Positions 1 to 8,495 of a stretch of 32,000 nucleotides of DNA are shown piece after piece (position 1 is the stretch's first letter; each line of letters starts with the position of its first letter). Both the position numbers and the translations under genes were made by a program. The DNA is from Acholeplasma laidlawii PG-8A (GTDB taxonomy: Bacteria > Bacillota_I > Bacilli_A > Acholeplasmatales > Acholeplasmataceae). The notes beneath the pieces were generated by a model. The model was not told where the DNA came from. It saw only the letters and a program-made list of their open reading frames with translations, and searched no databases. The stretch lies in the NCBI RefSeq assembly GCF_000018785.1, contig NC_010163.1, forward strand, positions 270,001-302,000, given 5' to 3'.

Positions 1-1038
1 AGAATTAAATCGTTTTTACAAAAAGGTGTGGATGAAGCGCGTTTTCCTGGCGCACATTATGCACTAATTACAAAAGATAATTTGATCACTGATTTTGTTG
101 GGTATAAACAACTATACCCAACAAAAGAAGTGCTAAGTGGCGATGAAATATATGACGTTGCATCTCTTACAAAAGTCATATCAACAACAACGCTTATATT
201 AAAGTTGGTGGATGATAACTTACTTTCTTTAGATACGAGGTTGCAATCAATCTTGGGTAGGTACAAACATCCACATACAACCATAAAAGAATTGCTCATT
301 CACGCTTCAGGGTTACCTGCTGATGTACCAAAAATTAGAACGGTAAAATCTAAAGAAGCAGTAATGGATATTATTTTTAGTATGGATCTAATTTATGAAC
401 CAAATACTAAAGTTGTATACTCTGATGTTGGTTTTATCTTACTTGGAAAAGTGATAGAAAAAATGTATGGCATGCCAATTGATGAAGCTGCCCAAAAATA
501 TATCTTTAATCCTTTAGGTATGTTTGATTCAGGGTATAGACCCGAAGTAGATAGAGTAGCACCAACAGAAGATCATGACGATGATTTTTCAAAAGGACTA
601 CTTAAAGGTAAAGTGCATGATGAAAAATCCTATTTATTAGAGGGGTTAGCGGGTCATGCAGGTTTATTTTCTACGGTGTATGACATTGGTTTATTTATTC
701 AAAGTATATTAAATGATAAATTTGTGTTAAGTAAGGATATGACAGATAGACTATTCTTACCTCAAATTACCGATGACTCCTTAGGTTATAAGGTAACTAG
801 AACACTTGGTTACTTAAAGCCGTATGAAGATAGTTTTGCAGGATCAAAAAGTGATTTTGATAACACAATCGGGCACACTGGTTTTACTGGGTGTCATATG
901 TTTATTGATAAGAAAAATGACATTGGATTTGTATTATTATCTAATGCTGTTCATCCAAAACGTAGTTTAAATAGAATTATCGGTTTAAGAAATGAATTAG
1001 GCAATATAATTTATGAGATGAAAGTAGAGAAAAAATGA
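1..1038 (+). CDS. Serine beta-lactamase-like hydrolase (AmpC/class C fold, YbbE/AmiE-like), 5' end cut by the window edge
   Basis: The frame stays open upstream of the listed GTG at 28 (RIKSFLQKGVDEARFPG...), so the true start is probably outside the window. SxxK motif in VASLTKVIST, YSD in VVYSDVGF, and HTGFTG near the C-terminus. Stop overlaps the next gene (ATGA). Confidence 0.85.
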   Translation, partial: RIKSFLQKGVDEARFPGAHYALITKDNLITDFVGYKQLYPTKEVLSGDEIYDVASLTKVISTTTLILKLVDDNLLSLDTRLQSILGRYKHPHTTIKELLIHASGLPADVPKIRTVKSKEAVMDIIFSMDLIYEPNTKVVYSDVGFILLGKVIEKMYGMPIDEAAQKYIFNPLGMFDSGYRPEVDRVAPTEDHDDDFSKGLLKGKVHDEKSYLLEGLAGHAGLFSTVYDIGLFIQSILNDKFVLSKDMTDRLFLPQITDDSLGYKVTRTLGYLKPYEDSFAGSKSDFDNTIGHTGFTGCHMFIDKKNDIGFVLLSNAVHPKRSLNRIIGLRNELGNIIYEMKVEKK

Positions 1039-4000
1039 AGAAAATATTTGCAATATTTAGTTTAGTATTGGTTAGTTTGATTACAGCATGTACTGCAATA
1101 GAAAAACCTGATGAAATTACATTAAGTTTAAGTAGTGGTCCAATCCAATTAGAAGTTGGTAAGACTCATCAGTTATCTATTACTACAAATGATACTTTAG
1201 GTTATGATATTAGTTCATCTAATCATGAAGTAGTAACCGTATCAAATACAGGGTTAGTTACTGCCTTAAAAGAAGGTACTTCAGTAGTTACTGTAACATC
1301 TAAGACTAATGAAGAAGTATCTAAAAGTGTCAACATCCATGTAACTAAAACATATAACTTAGTGATTGAAGAGCCATCCACATATTTATGGGCTGGACAA
1401 ACACTTCAATTAAGTTTTGAAACATCTGGTGAGGAAGTTACATTTAAATCAGACAATGAAGCTGTTGCAACAGTGGATAATAACGGTTTAGTTACGGCAG
1501 TAAGTCCAGGTAACTTTAAAATTACAATGACATTAGCATCAGATATTTCTGTTAAAGCAGAAATTAGTTTAGTAGTGTATGATGAAACATCAACCATTTT
1601 ACTAGAAGGTGACTCTAAGTTAAATGTGGGTCAAACAACAAAGTTAAGTGCCATTTTAGGTCCTGAAACTGCAGCACCTGCTTTAGCATGGTCATCTAGT
1701 GATGAGTTCGTTGCTACAGTAGATGATGAAGGTACAATCACCGCACATAAATCTGGTGCTGTTACAATTACAGCAACTTCATTAACCTCTACAGAGGTGA
1801 GTGCAACGCATTCGATTCTAATTGTTAATGAACTAGTAGTCGATGGTGAAGCAAAAACTGGTGATAAAGTCGTCGTTGAGGATTTAGAATTTGAGTTTGG
1901 AACGACTTTATTTAATACTTTAGAAGCAGCACTTGATACTGCAACTGATGGCGCGCATATTTATTTAAAAAATCTTGAACTTTTAACACTTACTATACTA
2001 GATAAATCTGTGACTTTAGAAGGAATCAATGATCAAGTTGTAGCGAAAAATCTAGTTACAATAGATGCTAGTGATGTGGTCATTAAAAATATAGCATTTA
2101 ATGAACAGGGTGCTATCCATGTATTACAAGGGTCAAGTAATGTATCGATAATGAATAATAAATTTTCAGATTTAAATGAAGCAGTACTTCAAGCAATACT
2201 TGTTGAAGAAGCACAAGGCTTAAGTATTGAACAAAATGAATTTAAGACATTAAAACATGATGCAATCGTTATTGATGACATTATTTCGGGTTCATTAAAT
2301 ATTAATAAAAACATTATTGATGGTGCAGAAGTTGCTATTAAGTTAGCAGGTAGTTCATATAGTAATGATACTGAAATTTTTATTCAAAGAAATTCGATTT
2401 CAAACATTGAAGTTGCATTTGATGTTTCTTTAAATGACACTGAAATTTTAGCATATGCTCGTTTTAATGCAGTATCTAGTTTTAGTAAGTACCCTGCTAA
2501 AGCGAATTTGGGGTCCAATTTTGATTTCACACTAAACTACTGGGGAAGTGCAACACTAGATTTAAACCAATTCGAAAACATATCTGAACGCATGTTAATG
2601 GGACATTATGAATCAGAAGCTGTAATACTTAAAGAAGCAGACTATGATCCAACCGCACCGCTATTCATATATATTACTAGTGATCTTAAGGTATTAGATG
2701 TTAATGATGAAATAATGCTAGAGTTCGAATATTTACCTTATGAACTTAAAGATGGTCGTTTTAGATTTAGAACAGATGCACCAGATACTTTGTTAGTAAC
2801 TGGAACAGGTTTATTAAAAGCATTGAGTAGTGGTCAGGCAACGATTAGGGTTGAAGCATCGCATAAATTTTCTAATGCACAAGATTCAATTACTCTTGAT
2901 GTGACAACTGATCCAGGTATTGACCTTGTACCATCTATTGATACACATTCACTAGTTGCTGGTGACAGTGTAAGGATTGAAGCGACACCATTTCCTGTAA
3001 CGATTAAAGATAGCGAAGTTCTATTTGAATCATCAAACTCAGCCATAGCAACCGTAGACAGTGAAGGTTTAGTGACATCTCTAACAAGTGGTAGTGTCAT
3101 TATTACTGCAAGACTTGTATCTGATGTAGAAGTTAAACAAGAAATTTATTTAGATTTTTATGAAAACTTAGATCAAAATAATCTCATGGACTTAATTACG
3201 ATGAATCAGCAAAGTCATTTGAAGATGTTTGACTTTTATGAAATCGGAACGGGACCAACTTATAGAGTCGTTGGATATGAATCGGTATCAAACTACTATT
3301 TTGATGAAGTCACACCAGATACATCACTTATGATACCTGATATATATAAAGGTAAAAATGTAAGACCCGGGTTACCACTATCACCAATACCTGCTGGCTA
3401 TACAACATACAATGATAAAAATATTCACTGGATTACAGTACATGATACTGCAAATACTGCAACCGGATCTGGTGCACTTTCTCACGCAAATTATTTAAAT
3501 AATCAAGCGAGAATTAACGGTGCTCAAGTATCATGGCACTATACAATAGATGATAAAGCATTCTATCAGCATATTCCTGAAGGTGAAGTTGCTTGGCATG
3601 CTGGAGATGGTTCTAACTTAGTTGGACAAGGTAGTTACTTGGGTGGTGGAAATAGAAATGCGATTGCAATTGAAATGTCTGTTGCAATGGGCGATGATCT
3701 CTATAGAATTTGGCAAAGAACGGCTAAGTTTTCAGCTGAAACGTTAGTTAAATATAACTTACCAAGAGAACACATCAAATTCCATCAACATTTTTCTGGA
3801 AAACATTGTCCTAATGCTTTATTAGTATCTGGATTAGAACCTAAATTCCAAAAAATGGCAGATATAGAGTATAAAGTAGCACTAGAATATCCAGGTGCTC
3901 AAATCTCAATGGTGAGCAATCATCCGGATATTATTGATAATATGGGACGTGTAATTTCAATGCCTTTACATAATACACTTGCAAGTTATACAGTAACTGT

Positions 4001-4064
4001 AGTTTATGAAGGTGTAACAACTTCTCGTACATTTAATGTGTATGTTCCAGGTACAACAAGATAA
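1035..4064 (+). CDS. Secreted lipoprotein N-acetylmuramoyl-L-alanine amidase (Amidase_2-like) with BIG2-type Ig repeats and a central beta-helix-like region
   Basis: Lipobox-like N-terminus (MKKIFAIFSLVLVSLITACTA). Repeated 'L.VG.T..L......W.SS...VATV...G.VTA...G...IT' BIG2 pattern. C-terminal part has VHDTANT, SWHYTIDD, AWHAGDG, NAIAIEM and FHQHFSGKHCPNALL, typical of Amidase_2. Confidence 0.88.
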   Translation: MKKIFAIFSLVLVSLITACTAIEKPDEITLSLSSGPIQLEVGKTHQLSITTNDTLGYDISSSNHEVVTVSNTGLVTALKEGTSVVTVTSKTNEEVSKSVNIHVTKTYNLVIEEPSTYLWAGQTLQLSFETSGEEVTFKSDNEAVATVDNNGLVTAVSPGNFKITMTLASDISVKAEISLVVYDETSTILLEGDSKLNVGQTTKLSAILGPETAAPALAWSSSDEFVATVDDEGTITAHKSGAVTITATSLTSTEVSATHSILIVNELVVDGEAKTGDKVVVEDLEFEFGTTLFNTLEAALDTATDGAHIYLKNLELLTLTILDKSVTLEGINDQVVAKNLVTIDASDVVIKNIAFNEQGAIHVLQGSSNVSIMNNKFSDLNEAVLQAILVEEAQGLSIEQNEFKTLKHDAIVIDDIISGSLNINKNIIDGAEVAIKLAGSSYSNDTEIFIQRNSISNIEVAFDVSLNDTEILAYARFNAVSSFSKYPAKANLGSNFDFTLNYWGSATLDLNQFENISERMLMGHYESEAVILKEADYDPTAPLFIYITSDLKVLDVNDEIMLEFEYLPYELKDGRFRFRTDAPDTLLVTGTGLLKALSSGQATIRVEASHKFSNAQDSITLDVTTDPGIDLVPSIDTHSLVAGDSVRIEATPFPVTIKDSEVLFESSNSAIATVDSEGLVTSLTSGSVIITARLVSDVEVKQEIYLDFYENLDQNNLMDLITMNQQSHLKMFDFYEIGTGPTYRVVGYESVSNYYFDEVTPDTSLMIPDIYKGKNVRPGLPLSPIPAGYTTYNDKNIHWITVHDTANTATGSGALSHANYLNNQARINGAQVSWHYTIDDKAFYQHIPEGEVAWHAGDGSNLVGQGSYLGGGNRNAIAIEMSVAMGDDLYRIWQRTAKFSAETLVKYNLPREHIKFHQHFSGKHCPNALLVSGLEPKFQKMADIEYKVALEYPGAQISMVSNHPDIIDNMGRVISMPLHNTLASYTVTVVYEGVTTSRTFNVYVPGTTR

Positions 4065-4104
4065 ACCCTGAAAAAGGTGAAAATAATATTCAAAAAGTAA
4101 AAAT

Positions 4105-4119
4105 ATGAAAGCGTTGTCT
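4105..4119 (+). promoter_or_regulatory. cre-like site 1
   Basis: ATGAAAGCGTTGTCT matches the degenerate CcpA cre consensus WTGNAANCGNWNNCW at all fixed positions. Confidence 0.45.
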
Positions 4120-4138
4120 CAACAAACACACGTATTAG

Positions 4139-4167
4139 TTGACAGCGCTTTCATAATGTAATAAAAT
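4139..4167 (+). promoter_or_regulatory. Sigma-70-type promoter for the 4215 surface-protein gene
   Basis: TTGACA (4139-4144), 17-bp spacer, TAAAAT (4162-4167), about 48 bp upstream of the ATG at 4215. Confidence 0.65.
4140..4154 (-). promoter_or_regulatory. cre-like site 2 (inverted relative to site 1), overlapping the -35 and spacer
   Basis: Minus-strand ATGAAAGCGCTGTCA matches WTGNAANCGNWNNCW at all fixed positions. It overlaps TTGACA at 4139-4144. Confidence 0.5.
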
Positions 4168-4214
4168 TAATACGTACGTTTAACAATAAAAAAGGAAAAG
4201 GGAGTAAAAAAAAG

Positions 4215-6653
4215 ATGAAAAAAATTACAACATTATTATTGTTGTTAGTTGCTGCATTAATCCTGGTTGTTGCACCAGCTTATGCGGATGAAGAAGCGTT
4301 AATAGATATTTATCCATATGGCAGCATTAATAATATGACGGAAACAGAACCAATCGCTGGTGGTACGTTGAGAGTGGGAACTTCTAACTGGACATTAGAT
4401 TTCTTAGGATATAGATACCATTTTGTACGTTCTTCAGTTAGATATGGTCACCAATTTGTTGATGCTAATGCAGATGGCGTATTTGAAGCAACAGAATATC
4501 CTGGTGTTTCTTACAGTGCATTCGCTGCAATGACTATTAATAATACAGAAGATGAAATGGAATTAGTAACAACTAACCTAAGAGCGAATATTACTGGTGG
4601 AGTTACAAACCGTATTTATGCATATTTCAATGAAGATATGGAATTAGCTATGTTTGAAGATCATATCTTTACGTATCACATCTTTAATGATGGAACGGAT
4701 GTTACTGACAATGCAGATTGGCGATTTGCTACTGAAGCAGAAATCGACGCATTTAAAGCTGCTGCTGATCCTCTAACAGAAACGCCTAATACAAGATTAG
4801 CTCATGTTAGAGTTGTTAAGGACACTACAGATGCACAAGGATATAAATTAGAACCATTAGGTTATTTAACTTGGTTAAACCCTGATTTAGGAGCTTTACC
4901 AGCTGAAGAGAGATCTTTATTAGTAGACTGGAATCCAAACCACGTAGTTATTCCTGCTGGTTGGACAGCTGTATCATTCGGTCAACATGACCGTGGTTCA
5001 TACAAAGCTACAGATTTTGTTAAAGTATTATATACAGCTTTCGTTGCTGAAACAACTCCGGTAGCAGTTTCTACTTATACATATCAAAATCCTGTATTTG
5101 CTGGCTTAACAGCTCACGATGATGATGCTGTAACTCCAGGCGTACAGATGATTGTAGAATATAATCAAGCTGATTTTGATTTACCAAATAATGTAAGTGT
5201 TTCATGGTTAAAAATGTTTGAAGATGATGTACTTGTTAATAAAACAGAAAAACTAAGTTATAAAGTTGATGTTTATGAAACGGCAGATTTTAATTCAGCT
5301 GAAGAAGATCATGTTCCTACAATTTTAGAAACTATTACATTTACTTATGATTCTGTAGCAGATGCTTACACACCTGACAAAGCTCTATCAGTTGTAGATT
5401 CATCAGTATTTGGTGCAGGTTATACAGCGGTATATTCTGCAACTCATGCAGAAGATGGTTTAACTGAAATTATCGTTGATATCGCTGTTGGGGTATTACC
5501 TCCAAGATTTGAAAACGTTAAAAATCGTTATGTTGATGAATCAGTATTCGTAGACCTATTAGGTGACGTAACTGCTAATGATGGTTATGGAAATGATAAG
5601 ACAGGTGATATCAAAATCACTGCTCCTGCAGGATTTAACATCTACAATCCAAAACCAGGTACTTACAAAATCGATTTAGAATTTACACATCATGTACATA
5701 TCGCTGGTGAACCTACAGTTCCGGATAGAATTACACTTGGAAGTAAAGTAATTGATGTTACTAGAAAAAATCAAAATTTCACTGCATATGGTCTAGAAAC
5801 TACACTATATACTGAACCATTCTTATATACAAATACTTCATTCCAAGGTTGGATTGTTGTTGAGTTTGATAAAGATGGTAAAATGATTCAATCTGTTGCA
5901 AGAAACACTTGGGAAGCATGGGGTGCAAGTGGCGCAATTGCTGGTATGTCTGATGCAGGCATCAAAGCGTGGTTAGAAGGTATTGACTTCTCATTAGGTG
6001 GATTTGTTGTATTCTTTGGACAAACTGCTGATAGACCATTAGCTCAAGCATTGAGATACGGTGATCAGGTTACATTCACTGAAGGATCAATTGGTACTCC
6101 TGACTTTAATGCAGATATCGTAACAAAAGCATCATATAACCTAACGGTTGATGATAAAACAGCTCCTCAAGCAATTGTAGTTAATAATAATTTAACTATC
6201 GAAGCTGATGCATTCGCATCTGCTGAAGCAGCTATCTTATCAAATATTGTTGCTGTTGATAACTACGATGCTAGAACACAATTAAGTCTATTCGTATTAA
6301 ATAATGGTGGTTTATCATTAGCAAGTGGTAAATTATCAGTTGGTACATATACAGTAACTGTTGGTGTTGAAGACCGCGCTGGTAACGCAAGCGAAGTTAC
6401 ATACACATTAACTGTAAAAGCAGCTAAACCAACTCAAGAAGAAGTAGATCAAAAAGTTGATGATAAGGTTGAAGATGTAGAAGCACAAATTCCTCAAGAC
6501 ACTATCACACCTGATCAAGTAGAAGAAGCAATTAAAGATGCTTTAGATTCTTATGACGGGGTAAGCGTATTAACTGCAGTTCTTATGTCATTAGGTGCAG
6601 CATTAGTATCATTTGGTGGTGCAGCATTATTATTCTTCTTAAAGAAAAAATAA
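4215..6653 (+). CDS. Large secreted surface protein with Ig/DUF5011-like domains and a C-terminal TM anchor
   Basis: Signal peptide MKKITTLLLLLVAALILVVAPAYA. Ig-like C-terminal segment ending TYTVTVGVEDRAGNASEVTYTLTV. C-terminal VLTAVLMSLGAALVSFGGAALLFFLKKK. GGAAAAGGGAG-type RBS region upstream. Confidence 0.75.
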   Translation: MKKITTLLLLLVAALILVVAPAYADEEALIDIYPYGSINNMTETEPIAGGTLRVGTSNWTLDFLGYRYHFVRSSVRYGHQFVDANADGVFEATEYPGVSYSAFAAMTINNTEDEMELVTTNLRANITGGVTNRIYAYFNEDMELAMFEDHIFTYHIFNDGTDVTDNADWRFATEAEIDAFKAAADPLTETPNTRLAHVRVVKDTTDAQGYKLEPLGYLTWLNPDLGALPAEERSLLVDWNPNHVVIPAGWTAVSFGQHDRGSYKATDFVKVLYTAFVAETTPVAVSTYTYQNPVFAGLTAHDDDAVTPGVQMIVEYNQADFDLPNNVSVSWLKMFEDDVLVNKTEKLSYKVDVYETADFNSAEEDHVPTILETITFTYDSVADAYTPDKALSVVDSSVFGAGYTAVYSATHAEDGLTEIIVDIAVGVLPPRFENVKNRYVDESVFVDLLGDVTANDGYGNDKTGDIKITAPAGFNIYNPKPGTYKIDLEFTHHVHIAGEPTVPDRITLGSKVIDVTRKNQNFTAYGLETTLYTEPFLYTNTSFQGWIVVEFDKDGKMIQSVARNTWEAWGASGAIAGMSDAGIKAWLEGIDFSLGGFVVFFGQTADRPLAQALRYGDQVTFTEGSIGTPDFNADIVTKASYNLTVDDKTAPQAIVVNNNLTIEADAFASAEAAILSNIVAVDNYDARTQLSLFVLNNGGLSLASGKLSVGTYTVTVGVEDRAGNASEVTYTLTVKAAKPTQEEVDQKVDDKVEDVEAQIPQDTITPDQVEEAIKDALDSYDGVSVLTAVLMSLGAALVSFGGAALLFFLKKK

Positions 6654-6670
6654 GACTTTAGTTTAATTCG

Positions 6671-6702
6671 AAAAGCCCAATAACAAATTGGGCTTTTTGT
6701 TT
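6671..6702 (+). terminator. Rho-independent terminator
   Basis: AAAAGCCCAA-taacaaa-TTGGGCTTTTTgtttc hairpin followed by a T-rich tract. Confidence 0.88.
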
Positions 6703-6716
6703 CATTGTGTGACAAT

Positions 6717-6731
6717 ATGTAAGCGTTTGAA
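6717..6731 (+). promoter_or_regulatory. Near-consensus cre-like site upstream of the solute-binding protein gene
   Basis: ATGTAAGCGTTTGAA has one mismatch (A for the conserved C) to WTGNAANCGNWNNCW. Confidence 0.3.
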
Positions 6732-6801
6732 AAAGATTTTAATAATATGAAAATTAAATAGAAATTTAGATAAAAATAATCAAATAATACTATTTACATA
6801 G

Positions 6802-6807
6802 TATAAT
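6802..6807 (+). promoter_or_regulatory. Likely -10 element for the salvage operon
   Basis: TATAAT, 42 bp upstream of the ATG at 6850. No convincing -35 was found at the expected spacing. Confidence 0.45.
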
Positions 6808-6849
6808 TTAAGTGAAGTTTAATTACAAAAAATACAAAGGAGCTTAAAT

Positions 6850-8421
6850 ATGAAAAAAATATTTAGCGTATTATTACTGTTAGTCGCAATGTTTGCTCTA
6901 GTAGCGTGTGACAATACAGAAGGTAATGGTAACGATAAAAATTCAGCAACTATAACAGGTGCAGCGGATGTTACAATCAACGTCGGTGATGAGTTCGATC
7001 CGATGAACAATGTTAAAGCTGAAGATACAGTAGATGGAAATATCACTACACGTATTCAAGTAAGTGGTACTGTACTTACAAATACAGCAGGAACTTATAC
7101 TTTAACTTATACAGTAGAAGGTTCTGATGGTAAAGTAACCACAGTAAAAAGAGTTGTAACTGTAGTACAAAATCACACTACACCTCCAACAGAAATCGTA
7201 ATTATGCATGGTGCGCCATATGAGGTTGACCCATTCGATGCTGCTTACTCTGGTAGAGAACAACAAGCAAGACAAAATAAGCAAAGAGAAGTTGAATCAA
7301 GACTTAATGTTAAAGTGGTTTATAAGGCTTACCCTGCGGCAGCTGCATGGGGACCAGACCGTATTAATGAAATAATTAAAGCATCAGTAGCGGGAGCTCC
7401 GTTAGCGGATATCTTATGGACAACCTCTGACTGGACTGCTCAATTAGCTAACGCGAATGCAATTGTTCCAGTTGACAAGTACTTAGAATCAACTGGTGCA
7501 AACATTACGGAAGAAGCTCAACAACTAGGTAGATTTAAGAGTCAATTCTATGCATTCTCAGTAAACAAACCTACAGTTGACGTTGGTCTATACTTCAATA
7601 TTGAGTTAGTTAATGACTTAGGTATTGAAAATCCAGCCGAACTATACAATAACGGTGAGTGGACTTGGTCTAAATTTGAAGCTTGGTCAGATGCCGCTAA
7701 AGCTGCACTTACAAGTATTGGACCTGATTATAAAGTCTTAGGTGGTGTACGTGCAGTATATGCTGAAAATATGATTCCATTAAATGGTGGTTCATTAATA
7801 AACGCATTATCTGGACGTGTTGCATTCCATCAAACAGCTGCATTAGAAACATATAGTTTCTTACATGGTTTATATAATAAAGGTTTATTTGAAGGTTCAG
7901 GTACTTATGATTCAGGATCTCCATTATGGCAATCAGGTAAAGTTGTAATGCACCCAGGTAGTTTCTGGTTCTTAAATGCAGAAAATAGATGGAAAAACTT
8001 AGCGTTTGACCTAGGATTTGTTCCTTATCCATCAAGTGATACATACACCGGTAATTATGTTTCTCCAATCGGTGGTGTTGCAGTGTATACATTATCAAGT
8101 GGACTAACTCCTGCTAAAGAAGCATTAGCATTCCAAGTATGGAATGAAATTCAAATGTGGAAGACAGACACTGAATTTTCAGATGAATTCTACGCAACAT
8201 TAGTACAAAGATTCAATGATGAAGCTTCGATTGATGCTTACCTAAGCATATTTGATAAAACAACATTAGATTTAACAGGTGCATTAGGTATCTCAAGATT
8301 CGCAGCAAATGGTTGGTACGGCGCAGCAAACCTTGCAATCGCTAATGGCGATGCTAGAGGTGAGATGGACAAGATCAGACCTGCTTACGAAGACGCACTT
8401 GCATCATATTTAGGACAATAA
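6850..8421 (+). CDS. ABC transporter extracellular sugar-binding lipoprotein with N-terminal DUF5011-like Ig domain
   Basis: Lipobox LVAMFALVACDN, Ig-like segment (VNVGDEFDPMNNVKAEDTVDGNITTRIQV...TYTLTYTVEGSDG), then an SBP family 1-like body. RBS AAAGGAG. Confidence 0.85.
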   Translation: MKKIFSVLLLLVAMFALVACDNTEGNGNDKNSATITGAADVTINVGDEFDPMNNVKAEDTVDGNITTRIQVSGTVLTNTAGTYTLTYTVEGSDGKVTTVKRVVTVVQNHTTPPTEIVIMHGAPYEVDPFDAAYSGREQQARQNKQREVESRLNVKVVYKAYPAAAAWGPDRINEIIKASVAGAPLADILWTTSDWTAQLANANAIVPVDKYLESTGANITEEAQQLGRFKSQFYAFSVNKPTVDVGLYFNIELVNDLGIENPAELYNNGEWTWSKFEAWSDAAKAALTSIGPDYKVLGGVRAVYAENMIPLNGGSLINALSGRVAFHQTAALETYSFLHGLYNKGLFEGSGTYDSGSPLWQSGKVVMHPGSFWFLNAENRWKNLAFDLGFVPYPSSDTYTGNYVSPIGGVAVYTLSSGLTPAKEALAFQVWNEIQMWKTDTEFSDEFYATLVQRFNDEASIDAYLSIFDKTTLDLTGALGISRFAANGWYGAANLAIANGDARGEMDKIRPAYEDALASYLGQ

Positions 8422-8437
8422 CAAAAGAAACGATCTT

Positions 8438-8482
8438 GGTATAACCTTCCTTATGTTATAAAATTCATAAGGAAGGTGGTAC
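8438..8482 (+). promoter_or_regulatory. Strong intergenic hairpin between the SBP gene and the downstream operon (attenuator, partial terminator or 3'-end stabiliser)
   Basis: GGTATAACCTTCCTTATG ... CATAAGGAAGGTGGTACC, 17-18 bp stem with about 2 mismatches, no long T tract. Confidence 0.7.
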
Positions 8483-8495
8483 CATTTTCATTGAG

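Noticed and set aside
57-299. Minus-strand ORF (80 aa)
   Set aside because: Fully antisense to the beta-lactamase-like gene, which has clear catalytic motifs. No RBS or family-like composition.
1406-3100. Minus-strand ORFs at 1406-1597 and 2834-3100
   Set aside because: Antisense shadows of the BIG2 repeat gene.
1110-3165. Possible DNA tandem repeat array
   Set aside because: The periodicity is at protein level (diverged BIG2 domains). The nucleotide sequences are not close enough to call a DNA repeat.
4105-4154. Inverted repeat read as a terminator for the amidase gene
   Set aside because: No T tract follows on the + strand, and the arms match cre consensus and overlap a good promoter. 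An operator explanation is better, although folding into RNA cannot be excluded.
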